Shown piece after piece: positions 42,712 to 54,229 of a stretch of 64,000 nt of DNA. The stretch's first letter is position 1, and the number at the start of each line of letters is the position of its first letter. The notes under the pieces were generated by a model, which saw only the letters and a program-made list of their open reading frames with translations, ran no database searches and was not told where the DNA came from. Position numbers and translations under genes: made by a program. The stretch spans positions 448,001 through 512,000 of the forward strand of contig CAVVPN010000003.1 of assembly GCA_963750165.1 (NCBI GenBank). Direction: 5' to 3'. Origin of the DNA: an uncultured Gemmataceae bacterium (lineage in GTDB: Bacteria; Planctomycetota; Planctomycetia; Gemmatales; Gemmataceae).

Positions 42712-42912
42712 TCACTCCGTGTCGGGCATCGGCTGGTACGGCTCCCAACCTTGCCACTCGTGATACTGCCGCATGGCGTCTTCCCAGGTCGGTGCCTCGA
42801 ACACCTTCAAGCAGTGCAGGAGTCCATCCGCCGCCCGCAGGGTCTCGGGCAACTCACAGCCCGCGATGAACGTGTCCGCGACACCGCCCTTGCCCCACGC
42901 AGAGTATTGCAC
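42712..42912 (-). CDS. Small hypothetical protein
   Basis: 66-aa ORF ending 'TWEDAMRQYHEWQGWEPYQPM', co-oriented with the HD gene. Confidence 0.5.
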   Translation of the reverse strand: MQYSAWGKGGVADTFIAGCELPETLRAADGLLHCLKVFEAPTWEDAMRQYHEWQGWEPYQPMPDTE

Positions 42913-42936
42913 GGCTTCCCCTCTGGCGAACTGAGG

Positions 42937-43431
42937 TCACGCACCCCGACTGCGCTGGTACGCCCACTCGATGGTTGATTTCTTCCGGGCAAACTCCGTG
43001 CAGAGGTAAATCGGGTTCGGTCGAATCCGCACCCGGCCAAGGTCGAGCCGATCCGCGTCCCAGCAGGTGACCACGGTCACATCGCCGCGGATCTGGCCCA
43101 GCGCGTGATCGCGGATCGCCAGGTGCAGAAGGGCGAAATCCTCGTCGCCCAGGTGAAGCAGCGTGCCGCGCAGCGACTCGGCGAACTCCGCCGCCCGTTC
43201 GCCGTGGCCGGGGTCGCTGCCGTCGTCTTCCCGACAGCAGTCGTGCAGGAAGGCGAACAACTCGACGATCAACGGGTTGGCCCCGCTGTGCCGGGCGATG
43301 CGCACGCCATTCTCGCGGACGCGCTGCCAGTGGGACACGCCATGAATGCCGCGCAGGTTCATGACGAAGCGCTTCCGGACGGCCTGCACCACTTGCTCGA
43401 AATCCGTCTTGCGCGGGTTGTCGCTGGACAT
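42937..43431 (-). CDS. HD-domain phosphohydrolase
   Basis: 'HGVSHWQRV', 'LHDCCR', 'HGER', 'WDADRLDLGR'. Confidence 0.85.
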   Translation of the reverse strand: MSSDNPRKTDFEQVVQAVRKRFVMNLRGIHGVSHWQRVRENGVRIARHSGANPLIVELFAFLHDCCREDDGSDPGHGERAAEFAESLRGTLLHLGDEDFALLHLAIRDHALGQIRGDVTVVTCWDADRLDLGRVRIRPNPIYLCTEFARKKSTIEWAYQRSRGA

Positions 43432-43516
43432 CGGTAGCTCACAATTGGGTAGAGGTTTTCAGCCCAGGGAAGGACACCGCCGTGGAGCCAGGGTTCGGGC
43501 CGACCGCAGCCCCGAT

Positions 43517-44496
43517 TCAACCCGATTGCCCATTTCCCGACAGCGGCGCCGGCGCTGGTGCCTGGTGCAGCAGCCGTGCGAACGCCCCCTCGCCGCCGTC
43601 CTTGCGCCAGTGCGCCCACCACGCCTCGAAGCGCTTGCGCTCCTGGGGCAACCGCTCCTCGTGGAAGTGCAGCAGTCCCTCAATGCCCGCTTTGAAGCGC
43701 TTCCACTCCTTCGGCAGTCGCGCCTGCAGCGCCCGGGCCAGGTCGCGCAGCCGGGCCGTGGCCACGTGACTGTCGTTGGCCCGGCCCAGGATTTCCTGCA
43801 TCTCCTCGACCGCGGCATAGTGGACGGATCGGAACTCCGGCGCGAAGCAGTCCGCGAACACCTCCATCGCGTAGCGCAGCCGCTTGCCCACGAGGCGCAC
43901 CCGGTGCAGGTGTTCGTAGTCATGCAGGTCGCGTGTGCCGGCCAGGGTCAGTTCCTGGAGCAGGGCCAGCAACACCGGCCGGGCAAGGTCCAGCAGCGTC
44001 GCCGTGCCGGGGCCAGGGTCGCGAAGCGCCGCCAGCGTCTCGAACTGCAGGCGGTCGAACGGCGCCGGGAACTCCGGGTTGGCCGCGAGCAGATGCTCCT
44101 GGGCCCGCTCGCGCTGCACCAGGGCGTGGCCGCACAGGAAGTCCAGCCCCGGCCGCTGCCGCGCCGGCCGCCCGACCCCCTCCCGGGCCAGCGCCTCCAA
44201 AAACACGTCCCAGTCCCGGGCCTCTCCCGCGGCGCGGCGCACGGTCCGCAGCTGCTTGGCGCGGTTCGGTACACCTTCTTCGGCAGGCACAGCCCAAAAA
44301 TATCCAGGGCGGAGCCGGCCCGGCGGCTGCCGACGCGCAACTGGTGGACGTATTCGGTGTCCTGCTCCGAGTCGCGCAACGCCAACTCAAGGTGGTCGCG
44401 CACCGCCTGCAGCCGCAGCCCGAGCACCCGGCGGGCGGCGTCCGCCACCGGCGTCGCCGCTGTCAATTCGCTGATCCATTTGCCGACTGTCGCCAT
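43517..44496 (-). CDS. CHAD domain protein (frameshift near 44270)
   Basis: 'VHQLRVGSRR', 'GEARDWDV', 'LHRVRLVGKRLRYAME', 'QEILGRAND'. Confidence 0.88.
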
Positions 44497-44650
44497 GCCA
44501 CCTCCTGGCTGAATCGTTCGGCACCATTGTACGCGGCGGCCGACTTATCGGGGAATGCGGATCGGGCCAAGGTCCATTGACCCCGCCGCGCCGCTCTGGC
44601 ATCATGCCCTGCCAATACCCCGGGACGCCCTCGGCACACGGAGGTTGCCA

Positions 44651-46278
44651 ATGCCGGCCGCCGCTCCGCCCTGCCCGCGCACGCTGCGCAACTGCCTGCC
44701 CTTCCTCTGGACGCACACCCTCTTCCCCGCGGCGCCGGCACCGGCCGGTCGTCCACGTGTCGCGGCCGTGCTGCTCCTGCTGCTGCTGCCGGCGGCGCTG
44801 CTCTACCCGTGCCTGTCGTTCTACCTCTTCGAGCCGGACGAGGGCCGCTACGCCGAGATCCCGCGCGAGATGTTGCAGCGCGGCGACTGGGTGGTGCCGC
44901 ACCTGTTCGGCGCACCCTACCTCGACAAGCCGCCGCTGTGCTACTGGCTGGTGACGGCCAGCTACGCCGCCTTCGGCACGCACGACTGGTCGGCGCGACT
45001 GGTGCCGGCGCTGGCGGTCCACCTGGCGGTACTGCTGACGTACCTGCTCGGCTGCCGCGGCCTTGGCGAACGCACCGCCTTCTTCGGAGCGCTGCTGCTG
45101 GCGCTGGCGCCGGGCTTTTTCGGCATGGGCCGGCTGCTGCTGCTCGACGGTCTGCTGGCGCTGTGGGTGACGCTGGCATTGTTCGCCGGCTTTGAGGCGC
45201 TTCGTGCGGCCCCGCTGCGGCGCGGCTGGTGGCTGCTGGCGGCGGCGGCGTGCGGCCTCGGCGTGCTGACCAAGGGGCCGGTGATTCTGCTGCTGGCGCT
45301 GCCGCCGTGGTGCCTGTACGCGCGGTTGACGCCGGGCGCCGCACGGCCATCATGGCGGGCCTGGGCGACGTTCGCGGCGGTGGTGCTGGCGCTGCCGCTG
45401 CCGTGGCTCGTCGCGATGTGCTTACGCTCCCCCGACTTCGCGCAGCACTTCTTCTGGGAGCACAACGTCGTCCGCTTCCTGAGTCCGTTCGACCACCTGG
45501 AGCCGGTGTGGTTCTACGGTCCCATCCTGCTGTGGGGCCTGCTGCCGGCGACGCTGCTGCTCTGGCCGTTCCTGCGCTTCCTGGCGTCCGGCGACGCGGC
45601 CCAATACCGCTGTCCGGCGCTGGGCTTCACGCTGCTGGCGGGCGGCTGGGGCGTGCTGTTCTTCTCGCTCTCCGGTTGCAAACTGCCGACGTATGTGCTG
45701 CCGGCGTTCCCGCCGCTGGCGCTGGCGCTCGGGCGCTTCCTGACAGTGACGCGCTGGGGCGCGGGCGGGCACTGGCGGGGCTGCTGACGCTGGGGCTGGT
45801 GGTGCAGGCGGCCAGTCATTACGTGGTGGTGCCGTGGTATGCAGCCTACCGCTCGCCGGCGGACCAGTGGCCGGAGATCGCCAGGCACTGCGGCGACCGC
45901 GACACGCCGGTGCTGTGCTACCCGCGCATGGCCCATTCGGTAGCGTTCTACCTGGAGCGCAACGACGTGCGCAGTTACCGCAGCAAGGAAGTCGCGCTGT
46001 TGCTTCAAGAACTGCGAGCGCGACCGCGGACGGTGGTGCTGTGTACACACCGGCACTCGCTGCAGGCGCTGCGGCAGTTTTTGCCGGCGGACCTGCGCGT
46101 GGTGGAGCAGACGCACTTCGGGCTGAAATTGCCGGGGTTGAGGGACGCGGTGGCGCGGCAGGTCAACGCGCGCCTGGGCGAGACGGCGCTGGGGCTGTGC
46201 GATCTGGTGGTGGTCGAGCGCGTTGGGCCGCCGCGGGTCACGGAGGTCGGCGCGGCGTTCGAGGCGGAGTGGCCGTGA
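44651..46278 (+). CDS. ArnT-family (GT83/GT39) glycosyltransferase (frameshift near 45780)
   Basis: 'EPDEGRYAEIPREM', 'YLDKPPL', 'LTKGPV', 'KLPTYVLPAFP'. Confidence 0.88.
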
Positions 46279-46570
46279 GGGGCTATCGTGGTTATCTGAA
46301 CTGTCGCACGTTTTCATGAACAGATGCGCACTGGCAGTTTTGACCGTCGGCCCGTGAAAGGGAAAGGGGTTCCTCAGCCCCGAAGCGCGGCGGGCGGTTC
46401 GCGCCGGGATAAGCGGGTTCCTGAAACAATTCCTGGAGTCGAACCCGTCCTTTCTCGATTTCGCCCTGCGCCGGCAAACCTCGTAGGAAGAACGGAACGG
46501 GACGGTCGCGTGATCCAGGTTTGAAAGCGCCGCGCAGACAGCAGCGGGTACACATCCTTCGGAGGCATCC

Positions 46571-46993
46571 GTGACGACGTTTCTGGAATCCGCCCAACAA
46601 ATGCTACGGGGCGAGCAGCAACCGCCGCCCATCGCCTGCCTGCTGGGGTTCACGCTGAAGGCCATCGAGCCGGGGCGGGCCGTCTTCGAGCTGGCGGTGG
46701 ACGCGCGGCACCACAACCCGATGGGCACGCTGCACGGCGGCGTCTACTGCGACCTGGCCGACGCCGCGATGGGCTACGCCTACGCCGCCACGCTCCCGGA
46801 GGGCGAGAGCTTCACCACCATCGAGTTGAAAATCAACTTCCTGCGGGCGGTGCGGCAGGCGACGCTGACCGCCGAGGCGACGGTCATCAAGGCCGGCTCC
46901 ACGCTGGGCTACGTCGAATGTGAGGTCAAGGACGAGCAGGGCCGACTGGTCGCCAGGGCGTCGAGCACCTGCATGAAGCTGAAACGCGAATGA
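46571..46993 (+). CDS. PaaI family thioesterase
   Basis: 'NPMGTLHGGVYCDLADAAMG', 'ELKINFLR'. Confidence 0.92.
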   Translation: MTTFLESAQQMLRGEQQPPPIACLLGFTLKAIEPGRAVFELAVDARHHNPMGTLHGGVYCDLADAAMGYAYAATLPEGESFTTIELKINFLRAVRQATLTAEATVIKAGSTLGYVECEVKDEQGRLVARASSTCMKLKRE

Positions 46994-47005
46994 GGGCAAG
47001 ACGGC

Positions 47006-47386
47006 TCACTCGGTCACGGTGATGTTCCACGACCGGGCGGCGCCGTCGGGGTCGAGCGGGTTGATGCCCTCGACGTGGAACCGGCCCACCTTCTCGGCCC
47101 GGTAGATGTAACTGATGGTCTTCCACGAGATGGAGTAGGACGGCAACTCCGGGGACACGCCGTTGACGCGCACGACACACGCGACGGGGCCATCGCCCTT
47201 GGGGCCGAGTGGTAGGTGCAGCACATCGCCGACCTGCGCCGTGACCTCGACCTGGCCCACCGGCACGTCGGTCCAGGTCGCCACTTCGAGGAAGTTGCCG
47301 GAGGGCGAGTTTAGCACGAACGCCCAGCCCGTACAGCCGACAGCCGTGCCGATCAGCGCCGCCACCGCCAGTGAGAGCAGTCGCAT
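47006..47386 (-). CDS. Hypothetical exported protein
   Basis: Signal-like N-terminus MRLLSLAVAALIGTAVGC; AAAGGAG RBS. Confidence 0.6.
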   Translation of the reverse strand: MRLLSLAVAALIGTAVGCTGWAFVLNSPSGNFLEVATWTDVPVGQVEVTAQVGDVLHLPLGPKGDGPVACVVRVNGVSPELPSYSISWKTISYIYRAEKVGRFHVEGINPLDPDGAARSWNITVTE

Positions 47387-47450
47387 AGCGACTCCTTTGC
47401 TTTTGGGATGGCGGCTTGTATCCGCGATCGGTCGCGCGGTCAAGGGCTGT

Positions 47451-47512
47451 TTCGTGGTGCAGGCGTCTCGCCTGCGGATCCGGTTCCGCAGGCGGGACGC
47501 CTGCACCACGAA
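47451..47512. repeat. REP-like palindrome, copy 2 of the 10213 family
   Basis: TTCGTGGTGCAGGCGTCTCGCCTGCGGA ... TCCGCAGGCGGGACGCCTGCACCACGAA. Confidence 0.85.
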
Positions 47513-47518
47513 GAATGG

Positions 47519-48886
47519 TCAGACCACCTCGGGCATTGGGCTCACGTCCTGATCGACCAGGTACTGCGGCCGGCCGTTGGGGTCGAAGACGCGCACCACG
47601 TTGGGGTTCAGCCCAATGTTGCGGTACAGCGTGGCGAACACCTCCTGGAAGCGCACCGGCCGCCGTGCCGCGGTGCCGCCCTGGCGGTCGGTGGCGCCGA
47701 TGACCTGGCCCGTCCGCATGCCGCCGCCGGCCAGCAGCGCACAGGACACCTGCGGCCAGTGGTCGCGGCTGGCGTTGCGGTTGATGCGCGGCGTGCGGCC
47801 GAACTCGCCCCAGACCACCACCGACACGTCGCGGTCCAGGCCGCGCACGTGCAGGTCGCTGACCAGCGCCGAGACGCCCGAATCGAGCAGCGGGTGGTTC
47901 TTGCGGCACTCCGGGAAGTTCATGCCATCCGGCCCGTGCCAGTCCCAGCGGCTGAAGTTGAGCGTCACCACACGGGCGCCCGCCTCGACCAGTCGCCGCG
48001 CCACCAGCAGGTTGCGGATCATGCGCGGCGCCCCGTCACGCTGGAAAGTCGGGTCGTCGGTGCCGTAGTTTGCCAGCACGCGCGGATCCTCGCGCGACAC
48101 GTCCAGCGCGTCCACCAGCCGCGATGACGTGAGGATGCCCATCGCCTGTTGTGTGAAGGCGTCCATGCCGTCCATGGTGCCGCGCGTGTCGATCTGGCGG
48201 TTGAGCGTGTCGAAGGAGCGCAGCAGCCGCGTGCGCTCGTGCAGGCGGTCGAGGGTGATGCCCTGCAACGTCATGCCGGCGGCCTGCATGCTGCCGCGGC
48301 GGCCGACGAGGTTGAACGGGTTGTGGCCCATGCCCAGAAAGCCGCCGCCGTATGGGTCGCCCCAGCGCGACTCGCCCGTGGCGTACATCAGCGACAGGTT
48401 CGGCGGCACATCAATGTTCGTCGGCCCCTGGAAGCGCGACACCCACGAGCCCATCATCGGCCAGTAGGCGGCGGTCTGCGGCGTCTTGCGGCGGCCGGTC
48501 ATGCACTGGAACGAGTCGTGCAGGCCGTCGCAATCGACCAGCGAGCGGATGAAAATGAACTTGTCCGCCATGCGGGCGATGCGCGGGAATAACTCGCAGA
48601 TTTGAATGCCGGGCACGTTGGTCGCGATCGGGTTGAACTCGCCGCGGATTTCGCGCGGCGCCTCGGTCTTGATGTCCCACATATCCAGGTGCGGCGGACC
48701 ACCCGGCAGGTAGATGTTGATGATGGCCTTGTGCTGGCTGCCGCGATCCTGGTTGGCCTCGGCGCGCAGCAACTGCGGCAGCATCAGGCCGCCGGCGACG
48801 GAACCGCCGATGGTGAGGAAGTCGCGGCGCGTCAGGCCGTCGCAGAACCCGCCGTTGCGGTTCGGTTTGCCGAAGATCGTCAACAT
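47519..48886 (-). CDS. DUF1501 domain protein with Tat signal
   Basis: 'TRRDFL', 'GGPPHLDMWD', 'ARRLVEAG', 'WGEFGRTP', 'RDHWP'. Confidence 0.92.
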   Translation of the reverse strand: MLTIFGKPNRNGGFCDGLTRRDFLTIGGSVAGGLMLPQLLRAEANQDRGSQHKAIINIYLPGGPPHLDMWDIKTEAPREIRGEFNPIATNVPGIQICELFPRIARMADKFIFIRSLVDCDGLHDSFQCMTGRRKTPQTAAYWPMMGSWVSRFQGPTNIDVPPNLSLMYATGESRWGDPYGGGFLGMGHNPFNLVGRRGSMQAAGMTLQGITLDRLHERTRLLRSFDTLNRQIDTRGTMDGMDAFTQQAMGILTSSRLVDALDVSREDPRVLANYGTDDPTFQRDGAPRMIRNLLVARRLVEAGARVVTLNFSRWDWHGPDGMNFPECRKNHPLLDSGVSALVSDLHVRGLDRDVSVVVWGEFGRTPRINRNASRDHWPQVSCALLAGGGMRTGQVIGATDRQGGTAARRPVRFQEVFATLYRNIGLNPNVVRVFDPNGRPQYLVDQDVSPMPEVV

Positions 48887-49117
48887 GGAGACTGCCTTTC
48901 CGGTGGGGGTCACGGGGTTCGGAGCGGGTGGTGGGAGGGAGACCAGCCCGGCAGGTTTATTTCTTTCTGTACTTTATCAACCCGTGCGCCCGCAGGCAAA
49001 GGAAAAGCGAGCATCTGCGCGACCGTACGGGCCCCAAGAACGGAACGGGCCCGGTCCGGTTTTCCGAAAACGGAAACCAAACCGAGCCCGTAGTGCAGTT
49101 GCTCACGGCGCCGGCGC

Positions 49118-50024
49118 TCACGCGGCCTGCGGGCCGCGGGTGAACCGTGACCGTAGGCGGCGCCACGCCCCGGTCATCCCCAAAGCGGACAGGCTCAGTC
49201 CCATCAGGGCCAGGGAGGTCGGTTCGGGGGTGTTGACGAGCGCGACCGTGCTCAACTCGACGTAGTCGAAGGCGGTGTACGGTTCGTTGGGGGCATTGAA
49301 GTCCACTTTGAGGTAGCCTTCGTTGCCGGTGAACACGTCGCTGTAATTCAGCACGGCCGTGGCCGACTGGATCAGGCCGTCCTGATTGCCCCCCTGCGTC
49401 ATCACGTTGATCGTGTCCTTCGAGCCGTCGAGCCGGGTGATCTGGATCGTGGCCGGCGTCACGTCGTAGTCACCGAAGACGAGGTTGAAGTAGATGGGGT
49501 TCGCCGGGTTGAACTGGCTCGGGTCAATGGTGAAATCGAAGACGAAGCCCGGCTGGTTCGGCAGAACCCCTGGAGACCCGTCGGGGAACGCGCCGCCCGC
49601 GCCGTATTGCGGGTTGGCGGCGGTGCCGCCGACAAAGACCTGGTTGTTGGCCTGGCTGGTGCCGTAGCTGGTCGAGAGCGAAATGTCCGTGTACTTCGAG
49701 CCCGTCGTCCCCGAATTAATGGCGGTCACGCCGGCGCCTGCAAAGTTCAGCGCGTCATTCTTGGCCATCGTGCTCCGCAGGTCGAAGTCGTCGCCCGAGC
49801 CGGTCGCCACAGACCCATTCCTGTTCAGGTCCGGCAAGAAATCGCCGTTGGTCAACACAGCGGAGTTGAGCGGGTTCACGGACCCACCGTTGGCCGCCTT
49901 GAAGCCGTCGCCATTGCCGTAACCGAAGCCGTTGATGTCGCCGATCTGCACGATCATCCCGGCGCGCACCTCAGCCTGCGCTGAGGGTTAGCAGGGCAAG
50001 CCCTGCGATGAAGAACCTCTGCAT
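49118..50024 (-). CDS. PEP-CTERM sorting domain protein (frameshift near 49975)
   Basis: Signal peptide MQRFFIAGLALL; C-terminal 'TPEPTSLALMGL...WRRLRSR'. Confidence 0.85.
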
Positions 50025-50247
50025 CACACACTCCCACGATCAAACAAACGGGCACCGCTTGTGAACGTAAGAAGAGGACTGTTGTAGTGTTTCAAAATGA
50101 TAGGAGGAGTAGAACACGCTACAGACACCAAGTCAAGCGAAAATCTTTTTCTTTTTTTCGCCGCTTTAGCACTTGAACCTTCACGCGAAGCGGCCATCCG
50201 CAGAGCGATGGACCGGGCGCTTTGGCGCTTCCTGCTGTGAAAGACGC

Positions 50248-50308
50248 TCCGTGGCACAGGCGTCCCGCCTGTGATTCCTCAACACAGCGGGGACGTCTGT
50301 GCCACGGA
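50248..50308. repeat. GTGG-type REP doublet
   Basis: TCCGTGGCACAGGCGTCCCGCCTGTG ... CACAGCGGGGACGTCTGTGCCACGGA. Confidence 0.8.
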
Positions 50309-50322
50309 GGCGGGGTGTTGGT

Positions 50323-51170
50323 TCACTTCACGTTCTTCAATGGATGCAGCTCGATCTTGCGGAAGAACACCTCGGCCCCCTCGGACTGGAAGAGAATCTT
50401 GCCCCTGGTGTGGGAGCAATTGGTGCCGTGGTTGACCACTTTGCCGTTGAGGATGTTGGTGATCTCGCCGCCGTTGCAGACGCACTCCAGCTTGTTCCAC
50501 TCGCCGACGGGGTTCTCGACGTCGTTCTTGCCGCGGAAACCGACCTTGTCCGCGAAATTCGGATCGCGGCCGGACCAGTTAATGCGGCCGCCCTTGAACT
50601 CCTTCGCCGGCGCCTTGGGGTTGTAGTACCACTCCTTGTGCTCCTTCGGCACGAAGTTCAACCGCTGCTCCGCGGTGACCGTCAGCCGCGGCGTGTTTTT
50701 CCCGCTCACCAGGATGAAGTCGCCGGTGCCGCCCTCGATCATCTGGCACTCGATCGACTCCAGCCAGACGCCGCCCGCCGCGCCGTCCGCGCCGACGCAG
50801 TGCAGCAGAATGCCGCTGTCGCGCGCTCCCTTTTGCGCGGCGGCCAGGTCTTCGGGCCCCACTTGAACTCCACCACCAAGCGGTAGTTCTCGTACTCCTT
50901 CTCAGTGACGAAGCAGCCGAACACCTTGCCCGAGACGCGAATCATGCCGTCCTGGACCGTGAACACCTTCTCGGGATCGTTGTTCTTGCCGTACTTCGGC
51001 TTGCCCTTCTCCGGCGCGCCCAGGTAGGTGTAGAAGTTCGTCAGGTCCTTGCCGTTGAACAGCTTGATGACCTGCTTGACCTCATCGGCCTGCGCCGGCC
51101 GTCCGCTCGACGGCGCCAGACACGCCATCAGCGCCAGCGCCGCCCCGCCCGCCCATACCCAGCGTTTCAT
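50323..51170 (-). CDS. DUF1080 (3-keto-disaccharide hydrolase family) secreted protein (frameshift near 50860)
   Basis: 'LFNGKDL', 'YENYRLVVEFKW', 'DSGILLH', 'GEWN', 'FQSEGAEVFFR'. Confidence 0.88.
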
Positions 51171-51198
51171 GCCTCGTCCTTTCGTCTGTGACTGTGGA

Positions 51199-51230
51199 CT
51201 CCCCTCGCCCCCTGAAGGGGGCGAGGGGAG
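51199..51230. repeat. C/G-rich hairpin related to the element at 40712
   Basis: CTCCCCTCGCCCCC-TGAA-GGGGGCGAGGGGAG. Confidence 0.7.
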
Positions 51231-51242
51231 CAAGACCAAAAC

Positions 51243-52826
51243 TCACGCCCCCTGCTTGCCCCTGTCCGGTTCCGCCCGACCGCCCAGCCGGCGCAGATGC
51301 AGCCCCAGCGCCGTCAGCGCCGAACTCCACAGCACACCGAAGGCCACCGGCGCCCACTCCAGCCGCAGCGCCATCAGCACCGCGACGCTGAAGAAGATCA
51401 CGCCGATGGCGTAACAGCGGCCCCAGTAATTGCTGCCCATCACGAAGAACGCCAGGCCCGACAGCACTCCCGAGAGCGGGTACAACACCAGGTCCTGCCA
51501 GTGCTCCGGCGCCGCCGGCCCCGGTTGCAGCACGTCCTGCCACACCAGCACGCGCATCAGCAAGAAATTCACACCGTAGGCCGCCAGGTAGCCGAGCCAG
51601 ATCGTCCACAGCTCGCGCTCCGCCGGGCTGGTCGGCAGCAGACGATCGCTGCGGTTCCACCAGAACAGCGCCCCGATGAGCACGAACTGCGACACCCGCG
51701 CCACCGCCACCAGCCCCGACGGCTGCCGCGTCTGCGTCAGCACGAAAATCAGCAGGTGCTCCGCCAGGACGATGCCCGCGGTCGTCAGCACCATCGCGCT
51801 CCAGGTGTGGAACGCCACGTCGTGCTGACTGCGGTCCAGGGCGCGCGTCAGCCAGTCGAGCATGTTGGCGCAGCGTGCCGAGATGCTCTCACCGTTCAGG
51901 TAGCGCTGCAGGTCCTCGGCCAGCGCCTCCGCGGTGAGGTAGCGGTGCCGCGGGTCCTTGTCCAGGCACTTCAGGCAGATGGTTTGCAGGTCGGCGTCCA
52001 CCTTGGGGTTGAGCAGCCGTGGCGGCACTGGGTCGCGCTCCAGCACCTGCATAACCGTGTCCATCGGCGTCTCGGAACGGAACGGCGGCCGGCCGGTCAG
52101 CAGTTCGTAGAGCACGGCGCCGAGGCCGTACACGTCCGTCCAGGGGCCGAGATCCTTGATCTTGCCGGCGGCCTGCTCGGGGGCCATGTAGCTGGGTGTG
52201 CCGAGCACGGCGCCGGTGCGCGTCTGGCCGGAGTCGCCGCCCAGGCGCTTGGCCAGGCCGAAATCGGTGACCTGCGGTTCGTCGCTGGCATCGACCAGGA
52301 TGTTCGATGGCTTCAGGTCGCGGTGCAGGATGTTGTGGCGGTGGGCGAAGTGGACGGCCCGTGCGGTCAGCTGCACATAGCGGGCGGCAACGCGGCTCGG
52401 CAGCGGTCCGGTGGCCAGGCGCTGGGCCAACGTGGTGCCCTCGATGAACTCCATGCTGAAATAATGCTGGCCGTCCAGTTCGCCCACGTCGTAGACCGTG
52501 ACGATGTTCGGGTGCGACAGTTTGGCCGCCGCCTCGGCCTCGGTGCGGAAGCGGGCCAGGTCGTCCGGCGTCGCCAGGCGGCCCGCGAGGATCATCTTCA
52601 GTGCCACGATGCGGTCGAGCGTTTTTTGTCGTGCCTTGTAAACGACGCCCATGCCGCCGCGGGCGATCTCCGCGAGCAGTTCGTAGTCGCCGAAGGTGGT
52701 GTTGGGCTGAAAGGGGCCGGGGCCGTGCGGCGAATCGAGCTGCGTCAGCTGATCGGGGTCCACGGGCGGCCCGATGGCCACGGTGGCCGGGCTCTTGGAG
52801 TCGGCGGCAGGCAACCTATCGGCCAT
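51243..52826 (-). CDS. Ser/Thr protein kinase with C-terminal multi-TM domain
   Basis: [30 protein letters not shown]; about 6 TM helices. Confidence 0.92.
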   Translation of the reverse strand: MADRLPAADSKSPATVAIGPPVDPDQLTQLDSPHGPGPFQPNTTFGDYELLAEIARGGMGVVYKARQKTLDRIVALKMILAGRLATPDDLARFRTEAEAAAKLSHPNIVTVYDVGELDGQHYFSMEFIEGTTLAQRLATGPLPSRVAARYVQLTARAVHFAHRHNILHRDLKPSNILVDASDEPQVTDFGLAKRLGGDSGQTRTGAVLGTPSYMAPEQAAGKIKDLGPWTDVYGLGAVLYELLTGRPPFRSETPMDTVMQVLERDPVPPRLLNPKVDADLQTICLKCLDKDPRHRYLTAEALAEDLQRYLNGESISARCANMLDWLTRALDRSQHDVAFHTWSAMVLTTAGIVLAEHLLIFVLTQTRQPSGLVAVARVSQFVLIGALFWWNRSDRLLPTSPAERELWTIWLGYLAAYGVNFLLMRVLVWQDVLQPGPAAPEHWQDLVLYPLSGVLSGLAFFVMGSNYWGRCYAIGVIFFSVAVLMALRLEWAPVAFGVLWSSALTALGLHLRRLGGRAEPDRGKQGA

Positions 52827-52962
52827 GTCTCGATCTCAACGCGGTGACGACGCAGGGGTGTATGGTTGAATGTAGGAGCCGCCGGCTCGCGACGCAATGG
52901 CCTGGCCGGCTATCATAGCAAATGAACCTCGCCCCCAGTTGCTCATGGAGAGGAGACGCATC

Positions 52963-54138
52963 ATGAACCCGTCCGACGCGGCCCGGCTGCTGGCCGACGT
53001 GGAGGCCTTCTGCCAGGACATCCACGATATTGAAGAACTGTGCTACGTCGAGCACAGGTACAACGACCAGCTGATCCCGCTGGCGAAGAAGCATAACGTT
53101 CTGGGCATGCCAGTGCCAGCGGCTTACGGCGGCCGCGGCGCCGACACCGTGACCTATGCCCGCGCCCTGGCGCGCATCGGCCGTGAAGGAACCGGCGTGC
53201 GCACGTTCTTTTCGGGCCACACCTCCATCGGCCAGTATCCCATTTTCAACTGGGGCAACGAGGAGCAGAAGCAGCGTTATTTACCGGCGTCGGTGCGCGG
53301 CGACAAAATCCTGGCGTTCGGCCTGACGGAGCCCGAGGCCGGCAGCAATCCGCTGCAACTGCAGACGACCTACGAGCGCAAGGGCGACAAGTTCCTGCTC
53401 AACGGCGTCAAGTACCTGATCTCGAACGCCGGCATCGCCACGACGGTGGTCACGTTCGCTTACCCCAAAGGCGGCCAGGGCCGCATTAGCGCGTTCATCG
53501 TCGATCTGACGGACGGGCCGACGTGCGTGCGCGAGGACCTGGTGGCCAAGATGGGCATGCCGACCGCAAACACGGGCATGTTCGAGTTCATCAACCACGA
53601 GGTGCCGGCGGCGAACCTGCTCGGCGAGGAGGGCAACGGCTTCCGCATTGCGATGGGCACGCTGGTCAGCGGCCGGTTGAGCGTGGCGTCGGGCTGCCTG
53701 GGCGTCATCGAGGACTGCCTGGCGGAGTCGGTGCACTACGCGCAGGAGCGCGAGCAGCACGGCAAGCCGATCGGCAAGCACCAGCTGGTGCAGGAGCACC
53801 TGGCGCACATCGAGATGGACCGCGTGGCGACGGAGGCGCTGGTGTTCAAGGCGGCGGCGGCGAAGGACCGCAGCGCCGCGGACCCGGGCAACGCGGCACT
53901 GCGGGCCGAGGCGGAACTGCTGGCGGCCCAGGCGAAGCTGTTCGCGTCGAATGCGGCGTGGGACGCGGCGGACCGGGCGGTGCAGGTCTGGGGCGGCAAG
54001 GGCTGGTCGCTGCTGTTCCGACCGGGCCGGCATCTGGTGGATGTGCGCGTGTGCCGGATTTATGAGGGGACGGATGAGATTTTGAAGCTCAAGATCGCAG
54101 CGAGCTTGCTGGGCAAGGAATTCGAGGCGTACAAGTAA
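52963..54138 (+). CDS. Acyl-CoA dehydrogenase family protein
   Basis: 'AFGLTEPEAGS', 'NGVKYLISN', 'REQHGKPIG', 'IYEGTDEI'. Confidence 0.93.
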   Translation: MNPSDAARLLADVEAFCQDIHDIEELCYVEHRYNDQLIPLAKKHNVLGMPVPAAYGGRGADTVTYARALARIGREGTGVRTFFSGHTSIGQYPIFNWGNEEQKQRYLPASVRGDKILAFGLTEPEAGSNPLQLQTTYERKGDKFLLNGVKYLISNAGIATTVVTFAYPKGGQGRISAFIVDLTDGPTCVREDLVAKMGMPTANTGMFEFINHEVPAANLLGEEGNGFRIAMGTLVSGRLSVASGCLGVIEDCLAESVHYAQEREQHGKPIGKHQLVQEHLAHIEMDRVATEALVFKAAAAKDRSAADPGNAALRAEAELLAAQAKLFASNAAWDAADRAVQVWGGKGWSLLFRPGRHLVDVRVCRIYEGTDEILKLKIAASLLGKEFEAYK

Positions 54139-54229
54139 AGGCCCATCCCCGGTCTGGTCGTGGTGCAGGCCCGCCCGCACTCTGGTGGTTGCCGGGGCGG
54201 CTATCAATATGGAAGGGAGGGCAGTAGCC

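Noticed and set aside
46280..46570. Long intergenic region upstream of the PaaI gene as a riboswitch or ncRNA
   Set aside because: No consensus I can recognise; would need an Rfam covariance search.
51297..52847. Long antisense and alternate-frame ORFs (here and throughout the ORF track)
   Set aside because: Shadow ORFs of GC-rich genes; Arg/Ala/Pro-rich with no motifs.
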